A stretch of 35,836 bases of DNA from a virus (lineage: Duplodnaviria; Caudoviricetes). The stretch is taken from positions 1 through 35,836 of IMG/VR virus record IMGVR_UViG_3300022844_000011. One strand, 5' to 3'. A program made the translations under genes and the position numbers. The notes under the pieces were generated by a model. The model saw nothing but the letters and a program-made list of their open reading frames with translations. It was not told the DNA's origin and did no database searches. Every line of letters starts with the position of its first letter. Position 1 is the first letter of the stretch. Below, one piece after another: positions 24,944 through 33,574 of this stretch.

Positions 24944-25201
24944 CTAAACCCAAACAGCCGCACAAATATCTTGAACCAGTTGTATCTGACCACTAATTAC
25001 AGTGGGTTCACCTTCAGCATCAAAGCGGTTTAAATGTGTAACGTGATTTGAGATTGCGGGTAATTCAGCATCTTCCGTATCATCAAAGGTAATCAACATG
25101 ACCACCATTAATCTTGGGTTGCCTTCATTGGTTGTCGGGTCATCGCCTGTCGCGGGATATGTTTCAAAGCGTTGTAGCACTTCGGTTTTTGTAATAGCCA
25201 T
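24944..25201 (-). CDS. Small acidic protein, putative tail fibre assembly/adaptor
   Basis: TAATG-coupled to the fibre gene; ends ...QDICAAVW. Confidence 0.6.
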   Translation of the reverse strand: MAITKTEVLQRFETYPATGDDPTTNEGNPRLMVVMLITFDDTEDAELPAISNHVTHLNRFDAEGEPTVISGQIQLVQDICAAVWV

Positions 25202-28200
25202 TATTTAGTTTCCTGTTCGGATAGTTTGGTTTCTAGTGCGTTAACTTTGTTTGTTAATTCTTTTATTGCCTCAATTAATACTGGAACTAGCTTGTCGTAA
25301 TGAACGGTTAAATAATCTTCCTCTAGCCCTTCACTGATTGGCGCTATACCAACAACTTCAGGAAATACCTTTTGGACTTGCTGGGCGTTGACACCTATTT
25401 GCCTTTTGTCATTTATGAATCCCAGTTCTTTTGCTTTTGCGTTTTCTGTAAAGTAATAACCGCCTAACTGCATTACCTTATCTAAAGCGCCATCTATTTT
25501 GCCGTGAAAATCCTTTAGCCTTTCATCAGAATAATAAGCCGTGACATTGCCTGTAACTCTAAACTCACTTGTTGTTGCCAACATATAAGTAGAATCAGGC
25601 ACTTGTAATTGGTTTGATGAGTTGTTGCCGCCGCCTCTTATGTGGACCGTGGAACCGTCTTTAGCACTTACATAAGTATGTCCGTCTGAGATTCCTGAAA
25701 GTATCATGTAATCAGATGTGCCAGATTGGTAGGCAGTTTTCATTCCTATATAATCGCCACTAACGGCATACGCTTTATCACCAAGGATTAAATTGCCGCC
25801 GTCAAAATAACCATCATTAATATTCGTTAGGTTACGGCTGGCATCTATTACTGTGGTGGTGCCGACTTTTAATACACCTGTACCAATAGTCAAGCCGCCG
25901 TAGGTTGTTATCACCCCATCTACGCGCAAATTAGCAGGGGTATATATCCCATTACTAAACTCTGACAGTTGATTTAACCTTAACCAGCCATCATTGTAGT
26001 CTGCTGATAAAGCGGTTCTGTTATTGAAAGAAATGCCTCTAGCGTCAGTAGTTGAATTTGCAGAAAAATTAAGCGCGTCTGTTGTATCTACGCTGAGTGT
26101 GACTGCTCCAGATGACGCTACTGTTCCTGCCGTAATGTTGCGACTGGCATCAATGACTGTAGTGCCGCCCATTTGGATAATGGATGAGGATTGAAAATCA
26201 AATGATGCGGCAGAGCCATCCACAGCAAGAAGGCATGTCCCTTTGCCATTACCAATACGGAAGTCCCTGAAATATGACCAGCCGTCTTGGTACCCTCTGT
26301 AGTTAATCCACATATCACCCGCATCAGTCGCGGTGTCATACTGTCCGTTGAGTGTATTGGCGTTTGTTGGCGATATATAAAAAGATGACCCAGCTTCGCG
26401 GAACTTAACCATGTTTACGTTAGATACGTTCCTACTAGCGTCTATTACTGTGGTGCCGCCCATTTGTATGGGCTGGCTCGCATTTACGGCTGTTGAAGTT
26501 AACTGTAATACGTTTGCAGTCGCTTGAGGGTGAAACGATACATTGCCATTTGAGTTGTATATATTGAGAGCGTCAGCCCCTCCCCATGCACTATATGCTG
26601 ACCCAGTTTTCCAAAGTTGTGCATTGCCGTCATTGGTTGTCATCATAAATGAAGAATATGATGTTTGAGTCGCATTACCAACATTTAAAACTAGGCTCGT
26701 TGAAGTGCCTAAAAAGTTATATGGAGTAGATCCAGCGCCTGTCGCGGTAATCGTTCCTATATTTGTAAGGTTACGGCTGGCATCTATTACTGTGGTGCCT
26801 CCCATTTGAAGATCATATAAAAGATTTACATATCCGCGCCCAATCTGCATCTGCTGTTGCCATCCAGCACCATTATTAGACCAGAAACTTTGAACCGTTC
26901 CGTTGGTGTCAATAGCTGAATGCGCGGTGTTCCCAGAACCTTGCCAAAACGATGTTGAACCACCAGTGCCGTCAAGGTAGAGAACGCGAGATGTGGTGCT
27001 TTTCATCGTGTTTTCAAAGGCGGTTCCTGCTGGGGTAGTATCTGCGCCTGATGCATTAAAGGTGGTTCCAATAATATTCCTACTGGCATCTATTACTGTG
27101 GTGCCTGAAATCTTTAAGGAATGGCTAACGATGTCAATATCACCACCCATAGTCCAGTTGCCAGATGTAGACATCAACGTTGCGTTCGTTGCACTGCCTG
27201 AAGGTCTAAACTGTAGTGCGCTTGAGTTCTCGGCTGGATTAGCGGCAATATCCCATAGGATTGACGAGCCATTTAACATGCGAGCGTAAGCCCAACCCCC
27301 ATCTCCGTCTAATTCAATGCGAGTATTAAACTGGTTAATGCCTGTCCATAATTGTGATGCGGACAGTACGCCATACCCTGCCGAAGCATGATTGCCCCAG
27401 CCGTAAGCGGTATTCCAATTGGTAGAGTTGTTTGTAAATGGCAAGACGTAATTGTTTGCATCTGTAGCTATAGTATCCAGCTTCGTACCGTCTGTTGCTA
27501 CGTCTCTGCCGTCTACGGTTCCACTAACAATAATGTTGCCAGTAATATCAAGCGGCTTGTTCATTGTCCACTTGTCACCGACTGCAACGTATTTTAACTC
27601 AGCATCAGCACCGCCTACAGTTAGTCCTGCACCGTTAGCGGCAGAGGCATTAGCGGCATCTTTAGCCACCTTGAAATTAAGGTCTGCTATTTCAACCACT
27701 GTGGAGTTTATAGTTGTCGTGGTTCCATCAACTTGCAGATTGCCCGCGATAACGACTAGGCCTGTATCGTCGCCGTGAGCCGCTGGGTCAATAGTGAATG
27801 TAGCTGGCCCACGCAAATATCCACTTAGAGTCATATTGGTGAGGCTTTGGTCTGCGCTTAGTGCCAGAGTAAAGTTAGCTGAACCAGTAAGCTGATTAGA
27901 GCCACCTGTAAGGCCACTGTTTGCCGCTGTAGTAATGTTTACAGAGGTTATATCTGCCGCGCCTACTGTTTGAGAAGCACCTCCATCAACAAAGAATCCA
28001 CCATCTGTTGTGTTGTCTGTTATGGCAAAGGTTCGCGAGTCCGAAGAAGTGACCTTGATGGATGCGGTGTTATATCCTGAGCCATCATTAGGGCGCATGA
28101 AGGTCTTAAAGTAATAAGTGCCAGCGGCTAAATCTGTGATGGTAGCGGATAGAATAATCTGTCCGTTGGCATTCACATCTAAATGGTTGTTCCTGACGTT

Positions 28201-31200
28201 TGCTCGCGCTCTCCATGTTCCTGGGGGTTCAGGGTCATAGAACCATAAAACGCCATCTTTGACGTAATCGGTGTTCATTGTGTACCGAGTGTAGTTGTCC
28301 GCGCCAGCCGTAGCAGTAGACGCAAGCGTTCCCTCACTTATTGAAAATCCGCTAGTCGTACCATAACGAATCATCATATCAAACGAATTAACTATCTCAT
28401 TTTCAGCCGCAGTTATACCCGCCGCCTCAGATGTATTTGACTCCCCCACGCCTGTCCACGCGGATACCGACTTAATGCTTTTCACTGTTAAAGTAGAGGT
28501 TTGTGAAATGACTATTTCAACTTCATCGCTGTCATTAGCTAAGGCTTCTGAATAAGTCGTTACCTTCACGCCCTCAGAATCAGAGGCAATCTGAGTCAAT
28601 GCTAAGGCTTCAAATCCTGTGGCACTGGAATAAATGAGGTTGTTGTTGCTGTCATAAAGATAAATATCACTGGCATGAACGCTACCATCTGAATTGACAT
28701 AGAATTCGTTTGGCCCTGCATCAGCTCCAGTATAGAAACGCCTAACAGGGTTAGAACCCTCAACATCGCCTGACATAGTTGCCGAATTAGCCCCAGTGCC
28801 TACCGTCACTTTATTTGCTACTACATTACCCTCAATGGTCAATAGGGGGATTGCCGCACTTCCATCAAACGTCAACTTATCGGATAGACTGAATTTGCCG
28901 TCAGAGCCTAGATAAAAGCCTGTATTTGAGTTTCCGAAAGCACCCGTCGTATTGGGGGATATGGGCGACGATATAGAATCTGAGGTCACTATAATGCCGC
29001 CAATATCACCCGTGGTTGCATTTATACTGCCGTTAATAACCAGCCCTGTTGATGGCGTATAATGAAGTCCGTTTGACGCTGTGCCTATATAAAACGCTTC
29101 CTCAATGGTGCCTGTAGCCGTGAAGCCTAAAAAGAAACCGCCTGTAGTGGAATCTTCATAATCAGTCTTTCCAAGCCTAATTGCATCGGCGGTGCTTCCT
29201 GATAGCGTGAGCTTTCCAGTTTTAATCTCACTGGCATCTAGGTTTTCCACCGTAATGACATCAGCATCAATTGTTCCCGCCGACAACTTGTTTGCACTTA
29301 GTTCATCAACATCGTAGGATGTAACCTGTTTAATCTTAGCTATTGGGCTTGTGGAATAAGCGGACGCGCTACCGTAGATGTTGATGGCCCTTAGTTTAAA
29401 ATAATAAGAATTAGGATCGTCTGTTGAATCGTATTCAAGACCCTGAGACTTTCCAATAAGCACCGTCTTTTTCTTGCCTACATCACCGTAATAGGTGCCG
29501 ACTAGATTACCCTCTGCTGGAGTGAATGTTGTGTTCGTCCCAAGGTAAACCTCAACGGCTCTTAAATTAGTATTGGCAGGGTTTACCCATTCCAGTTGGA
29601 CGTTAAATGGCTTGTCAGTTGTGCAGGTAATTGTTCCTGCTGAAATAGCGTTGATGGTGTCAGGCTGGGCTATCGTAATAGTGGCCACACTTGAATATAC
29701 GCTGTACACGTTATCAAAAGTGAAGTGACGCACTCTGATGTTATAGATGATGCCTACAGTTACGTTCGCTATCTCCCCGCTAGTAAGGCTCTTACCTGCT
29801 AGGGTAGCGCTCACATAGAGAGAATCTGCATCCGTGCTTTTCTTAAACTGTATCTCTGTGCCTTGGATTGCGCTATCTACTACATTTGTCCAAACAACTT
29901 TGATATTAATCTTGGCAGTTTGGCCCTCAACATTAGTCACCTGTATTGGTGTGCCTATAGTTGGGGGGTCTACAGCTAGAGTGCCTACATCTGGCGCTGT
30001 CGCGTTAGGTTGTGGCGTTGAATAGGAATTGTAGGCAAACCCAAACACATCCGTAGACATCTCCTGTAACTGCAATGAGGTGGCCGCAAAGACGTTCCCG
30101 TCATTCTCAAGGAACGTCATGGACATACCCTGAATCTCAAATATTTTGTTTGTATACCCTAGCCTAGAGTTTGTAACGTATATCCAGTCGTTAGGCTGTG
30201 CTTTCATAAACTCAAGAGAGGTTAAAACCTCCAGCGAAGTTGACTGCCTTTGATGTTCAAGGCCAATTCTCTGTAGCCGTTGCGCCATCGTTTCTGAGGT
30301 AGTAAAAGGATATTTAAGTTCAAGGGTGCGAGCAAAGTTTGCCGATGCTTCACCTGATGGGGTATCAGCCGCAAGAAAGGCTGTACCGTTGTATTGCGTC
30401 ACTTCGGATGCTTGGTAATTGTCGTCCTTATTGACGAATATGGATTTAACAGAATTAAATAATTCCCCACTCATAGACTGGGTTGTAATTTTAGGTGCCG
30501 CTAAAATATTGTCGTCATTAATAGTCAACGCTGGAGTTTGAGATGCTCCAGCGAATAGATTAAATTTGCCGTTGGTATAAGTGACGTTACCCGCGCAAGC
30601 GGTGGTTATTGATTCAATTAAACCAGAGCCACTTGCTGAGAAATTTGAGAATCCGTTAGAGGTATAGCGGGTCTCTAGTGTAGAACCATCAGCCAAAGTC
30701 ACATCTTGATCGCAAGTATTGGCCGCTGATTGAAAACCGCCCCCGCCTGTGGTGTCGTTTATCTCAGAATCTAACGCCTTTAAACCATAGAGGGTATTAG
30801 ATAAGTAATCTCTAATTTGAAGGGCTGGGTTTTGTCTTTGTAGGTCGGTGGTTGATATGGCTCCACTGCCGCTATTAGCTCGCGGGTCCCATATATTTTT
30901 ACCCCGCATAACGAACCAAATGCTAGGCATACTAGGCATATCTTCAGGGTCATAAATTATCTCCATATAGAAATAAGTGCAACCCAATAGCTTGCATGAT
31001 GAAGGGTATCTTACTGCACTACCTGCCGCGCCAAGCCCGTCCACCGCATCTTGGGTGCCGTCATGGAATGTCCACCGCGCTAGGCTAGTGCCGCCAAAAG
31101 CAAGGGCATTTTCTGAGTTAGAAAACTTTGCATTCGTTGCCGTGTAGACTGTCTCGCCGCTAGTTGTAGCATTGCTATGAGTCAGCTTGGTTTCATTAAA

Positions 31201-31590
31201 ATATATGTCGTCCCAGCCATCGCATTCATGCCCTGCGACAACGATGCTCATACATAAGATATTGCCGCTTGAGCCTCGCGTATCCATTTTAACGATGGTG
31301 CCGCCAACCCTAGTTGTGCCGTAAATTAGCTGTCTGGGCGCGGCTCCAGCCTTGGCTGATACCTTAGTTCCAAAGTTCGCCCCACTAGCCCCCATGCCTT
31401 TAGATGAGAGCATTCCTATGCCGCCAGCGACTAGTGTGCCTACAAAAGCCGTCAGGTACATTGTTACAGCCGCCGCGCCCCACATCCCTTGGGTTACAAG
31501 AACGCCCGCTGGGCCAAACTGTATAACTGCCGCAACCGTTATAACTACAACAACAACGGCAATGATTGCCGCTTTAATTACCTTAGCCAT
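25201..31590 (-). CDS. Tail tip/host-specificity protein (J-like) fused to a modular fibre with C-terminal peptidase S74 chaperone
   Basis: PRQLIYGTTRVGG, RGKNIWDPR, NPALQIRDYL; FN3-like YNIRVR and YYFKLRAIN; fibre motifs; YYSDERLKD...IGV.AQ.V..VFPEVV...V.YDKLVPVLIEAIKEL. Confidence 0.9.
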   Translation of the reverse strand: MAKVIKAAIIAVVVVVITVAAVIQFGPAGVLVTQGMWGAAAVTMYLTAFVGTLVAGGIGMLSSKGMGASGANFGTKVSAKAGAAPRQLIYGTTRVGGTIVKMDTRGSSGNILCMSIVVAGHECDGWDDIYFNETKLTHSNATTSGETVYTATNAKFSNSENALAFGGTSLARWTFHDGTQDAVDGLGAAGSAVRYPSSCKLLGCTYFYMEIIYDPEDMPSMPSIWFVMRGKNIWDPRANSGSGAISTTDLQRQNPALQIRDYLSNTLYGLKALDSEINDTTGGGGFQSAANTCDQDVTLADGSTLETRYTSNGFSNFSASGSGLIESITTACAGNVTYTNGKFNLFAGASQTPALTINDDNILAAPKITTQSMSGELFNSVKSIFVNKDDNYQASEVTQYNGTAFLAADTPSGEASANFARTLELKYPFTTSETMAQRLQRIGLEHQRQSTSLEVLTSLEFMKAQPNDWIYVTNSRLGYTNKIFEIQGMSMTFLENDGNVFAATSLQLQEMSTDVFGFAYNSYSTPQPNATAPDVGTLAVDPPTIGTPIQVTNVEGQTAKINIKVVWTNVVDSAIQGTEIQFKKSTDADSLYVSATLAGKSLTSGEIANVTVGIIYNIRVRHFTFDNVYSVYSSVATITIAQPDTINAISAGTITCTTDKPFNVQLEWVNPANTNLRAVEVYLGTNTTFTPAEGNLVGTYYGDVGKKKTVLIGKSQGLEYDSTDDPNSYYFKLRAINIYGSASAYSTSPIAKIKQVTSYDVDELSANKLSAGTIDADVITVENLDASEIKTGKLTLSGSTADAIRLGKTDYEDSTTGGFFLGFTATGTIEEAFYIGTASNGLHYTPSTGLVINGSINATTGDIGGIIVTSDSISSPISPNTTGAFGNSNTGFYLGSDGKFSLSDKLTFDGSAAIPLLTIEGNVVANKVTVGTGANSATMSGDVEGSNPVRRFYTGADAGPNEFYVNSDGSVHASDIYLYDSNNNLIYSSATGFEALALTQIASDSEGVKVTTYSEALANDSDEVEIVISQTSTLTVKSIKSVSAWTGVGESNTSEAAGITAAENEIVNSFDMMIRYGTTSGFSISEGTLASTATAGADNYTRYTMNTDYVKDGVLWFYDPEPPGTWRARANVRNNHLDVNANGQIILSATITDLAAGTYYFKTFMRPNDGSGYNTASIKVTSSDSRTFAITDNTTDGGFFVDGGASQTVGAADITSVNITTAANSGLTGGSNQLTGSANFTLALSADQSLTNMTLSGYLRGPATFTIDPAAHGDDTGLVVIAGNLQVDGTTTTINSTVVEIADLNFKVAKDAANASAANGAGLTVGGADAELKYVAVGDKWTMNKPLDITGNIIVSGTVDGRDVATDGTKLDTIATDANNYVLPFTNNSTNWNTAYGWGNHASAGYGVLSASQLWTGINQFNTRIELDGDGGWAYARMLNGSSILWDIAANPAENSSALQFRPSGSATNATLMSTSGNWTMGGDIDIVSHSLKISGTTVIDASRNIIGTTFNASGADTTPAGTAFENTMKSTTSRVLYLDGTGGSTSFWQGSGNTAHSAIDTNGTVQSFWSNNGAGWQQQMQIGRGYVNLLYDLQMGGTTVIDASRNLTNIGTITATGAGSTPYNFLGTSTSLVLNVGNATQTSYSSFMMTTNDGNAQLWKTGSAYSAWGGADALNIYNSNGNVSFHPQATANVLQLTSTAVNASQPIQMGGTTVIDASRNVSNVNMVKFREAGSSFYISPTNANTLNGQYDTATDAGDMWINYRGYQDGWSYFRDFRIGNGKGTCLLAVDGSAASFDFQSSSIIQMGGTTVIDASRNITAGTVASSGAVTLSVDTTDALNFSANSTTDARGISFNNRTALSADYNDGWLRLNQLSEFSNGIYTPANLRVDGVITTYGGLTIGTGVLKVGTTTVIDASRNLTNINDGYFDGGNLILGDKAYAVSGDYIGMKTAYQSGTSDYMILSGISDGHTYVSAKDGSTVHIRGGGNNSSNQLQVPDSTYMLATTSEFRVTGNVTAYYSDERLKDFHGKIDGALDKVMQLGGYYFTENAKAKELGFINDKRQIGVNAQQVQKVFPEVVGIAPISEGLEEDYLTVHYDKLVPVLIEAIKELTNKVNALETKLSEQETK
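25829..27108 (-). repeat. Five dispersed junction repeats encoding TTVIDASRN
   Basis: Copies near 25831, 26137, 26428, 26770 and 27076; 30-bp exact match between 25829-25858 and 26768-26797. Confidence 0.9.
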
Positions 31591-32005
31591 CTATTCTGAA
31601 CACCTTTATAGCTAACTCATTGCCCCTAAAACTATAGCCTTTATCTGATGGGCTCAAAATTGCAAAACCATCACAGACTCCAGTGACCTGCTTACCTTCA
31701 AACTTAAAGACCACAATATCGCCTTTTGAAATGTATTCCTTTTTAATCACCTTCAGGCCCTTGAGCTTGGTGCCTTTGACCATACTTTGCTGGAGTGTTT
31801 TCCCATAGGATTTGATAGCTTCGCCAGCACTTTCTTCATCGTGCCATGTTAGCTCTTCAGGAATTAAATCTTCGCCTGTCATTGCCTTGAACGCCGCATC
31901 TGCGAACTTTACACAATCCCACTCACCCCATTGAAAACTTCTATCTTTATTTTCAATCATGAATGCGTGATACCGTTGTTCCCAATCTGGGAGTTTTTTA
32001 GCCAT
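31583..32005 (-). CDS. NlpC/P60-like tail assembly protein
   Basis: FQWGEWDC..FA and GDIV motifs; lies between L-like and J-like genes. Confidence 0.8.
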   Translation of the reverse strand: MAKKLPDWEQRYHAFMIENKDRSFQWGEWDCVKFADAAFKAMTGEDLIPEELTWHDEESAGEAIKSYGKTLQQSMVKGTKLKGLKVIKKEYISKGDIVVFKFEGKQVTGVCDGFAILSPSDKGYSFRGNELAIKVFRIDG

Positions 32006-32015
32006 TGCTATATCC

Positions 32016-32663
32016 TCAATCTGAATTTAGACCCGGAAGCACCTGAGCGGGCAAACCCCCACCATGACCGCCACTGCCGCCTCCACCACCGTAACCCCTG
32101 CCCCACAGTACCTCTGCATCCTGCAATTTCTCAACCGCATCAAACCCTGTGTCACCACTCCCTTCCAAAGCCACTTGCGACTCTTTAGTGTATCGGTAAT
32201 TGCATGGGCGCTCTAGGTCTAGCAGTCTGTTTTCGGTGATTAGGGTTATCATTACTCCATCAGTGGGTGAGTCAGTTATTGATGTAGAAACCATCCTACC
32301 CTTGTATAGAGTCATAACGCCATCAACATGGTCAGTGCCACCACTAACAAACGCCAGAAACAAGGTGATTGGCCTATTTTGATAATTCTCTGATACAGCA
32401 TAGCCCAAAACGGTAGCGTTCATTCCTGATAGTTGGAACGTCACCCCTGCGCTTTTTAGATCATTAGAGTCCTCAATATCAGATACTGCCAGTAATGTAC
32501 CTGCGCCTGTATAGGTTTCTGAGTTTATCTCAAGATCACCGCCACCAGAATGTAGGAGTAGGGTGCTAGTATCAAACTCAGCTTTGATGGCAAAAATAAT
32601 ATGCTGATTATCTTCCGTTAATTTAATGGCCGCTTTTGCATCTATGCCCGATCTAGTGGCCAT
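32016..32663 (-). CDS. Minor tail protein (L-like / tail hub adaptor)
   Basis: Y.GAG.LL.VS..E, L.DLER....RYT.ESQ and GD.GF motifs; tail-module position. Confidence 0.8.
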   Translation of the reverse strand: MATRSGIDAKAAIKLTEDNQHIIFAIKAEFDTSTLLLHSGGGDLEINSETYTGAGTLLAVSDIEDSNDLKSAGVTFQLSGMNATVLGYAVSENYQNRPITLFLAFVSGGTDHVDGVMTLYKGRMVSTSITDSPTDGVMITLITENRLLDLERPCNYRYTKESQVALEGSGDTGFDAVEKLQDAEVLWGRGYGGGGGSGGHGGGLPAQVLPGLNSD

Positions 32664-33574
32664 TACATAACCTCAATGAAGCTGAATACAATATTATAAA
32701 TAGAATTATTATTTGCCGCCCAATCAGCATTATTGGAGTCTAACCTGAACAATCCTTTGTTGACTGAGCTTGAAAACCCTATGACGTAATCATCAACAAG
32801 ATTGGCTCTCAACTTAGGCTGAATGGGTATTGAGTAAGTATCCCGACCTGCAACCACAACGACAACCGCATCCGCAGTGGCCATAACAAGCTGAGATATT
32901 TTCTGCTCCTGACCAGAGGTAGAAGCCGCGCTGTATACCGCCAGATAATCACCCTTTTTGACGGTTCCCACTATGCTATCGCCTGATGCCTTTAAACTAA
33001 GAGCCGATGACCCTTTTACGTTCTGGCGAACCTTGCAACTTGCAGTGCTAGTTTCCACGGAGTCATTGAAATACCCATCCGTCACCACTACCGTATCGCT
33101 TATCTTTGTGACTATTTTGAACGTCCCATTATTGGGCTCTTTAAAAGCTCCGCTAACTGTAATGTAATCACCAGCCGCCAAACCATCAAATATGGCTGTC
33201 CCTGCGGTAATGGTGGAACCGCCTGAAATTGACCACGATAGCGTTACAGACTCTACATTAACTCCAGAATTCACCCGAACATCCGCAAGGATAGTCTCTC
33301 CGTTATACGTTCCTTTTGGGTTCTTCCCCTCGGGGTCTCCCATCCTAAAGTAATTCTTTTGCCCTTCTAAGGCCATTAAGAAAGACTGCCACTCTACTGC
33401 CTCTGTTCTACGCATTGGCGCGAGAGTGACCCTGCCTGTCCAGTAAACCGCATCATACTCTTGGGTGCGCTGTTTTCCTGAGAATGGCGAGACTGTTACG
33501 CCCAAAGTTCTATTCAATGAGAAGTCAGAACTTATGTATCCCACGTTAGTCGGTATATCAATTATTCTAGGCAC
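32663..33574 (-). CDS. Distal tail protein with internal insertion
   Basis: SPFSG.Q, FL..LEG....F..GDP and I.P.LR motifs; follows the tape measure gene; start trimmed to GTG 33574. Confidence 0.75.
   Translation of the reverse strand: MPRIIDIPTNVGYISSDFSLNRTLGVTVSPFSGKQRTQEYDAVYWTGRVTLAPMRRTEAVEWQSFLMALEGQKNYFRMGDPEGKNPKGTYNGETILADVRVNSGVNVESVTLSWSISGGSTITAGTAIFDGLAAGDYITVSGAFKEPNNGTFKIVTKISDTVVVTDGYFNDSVETSTASCKVRQNVKGSSALSLKASGDSIVGTVKKGDYLAVYSAASTSGQEQKISQLVMATADAVVVVVAGRDTYSIPIQPKLRANLVDDYVIGFSSSVNKGLFRLDSNNADWAANNNSIYNIVFSFIEVM

Noticed and set aside
25829-27108. Fibre repeats as a CRISPR array, DGR or shufflon
   Set aside because: Spacing is about 300 bp and in frame within a CDS; all direct orientation; no cas, reverse transcriptase or invertase; no adenine-specific TR/VR pair seen
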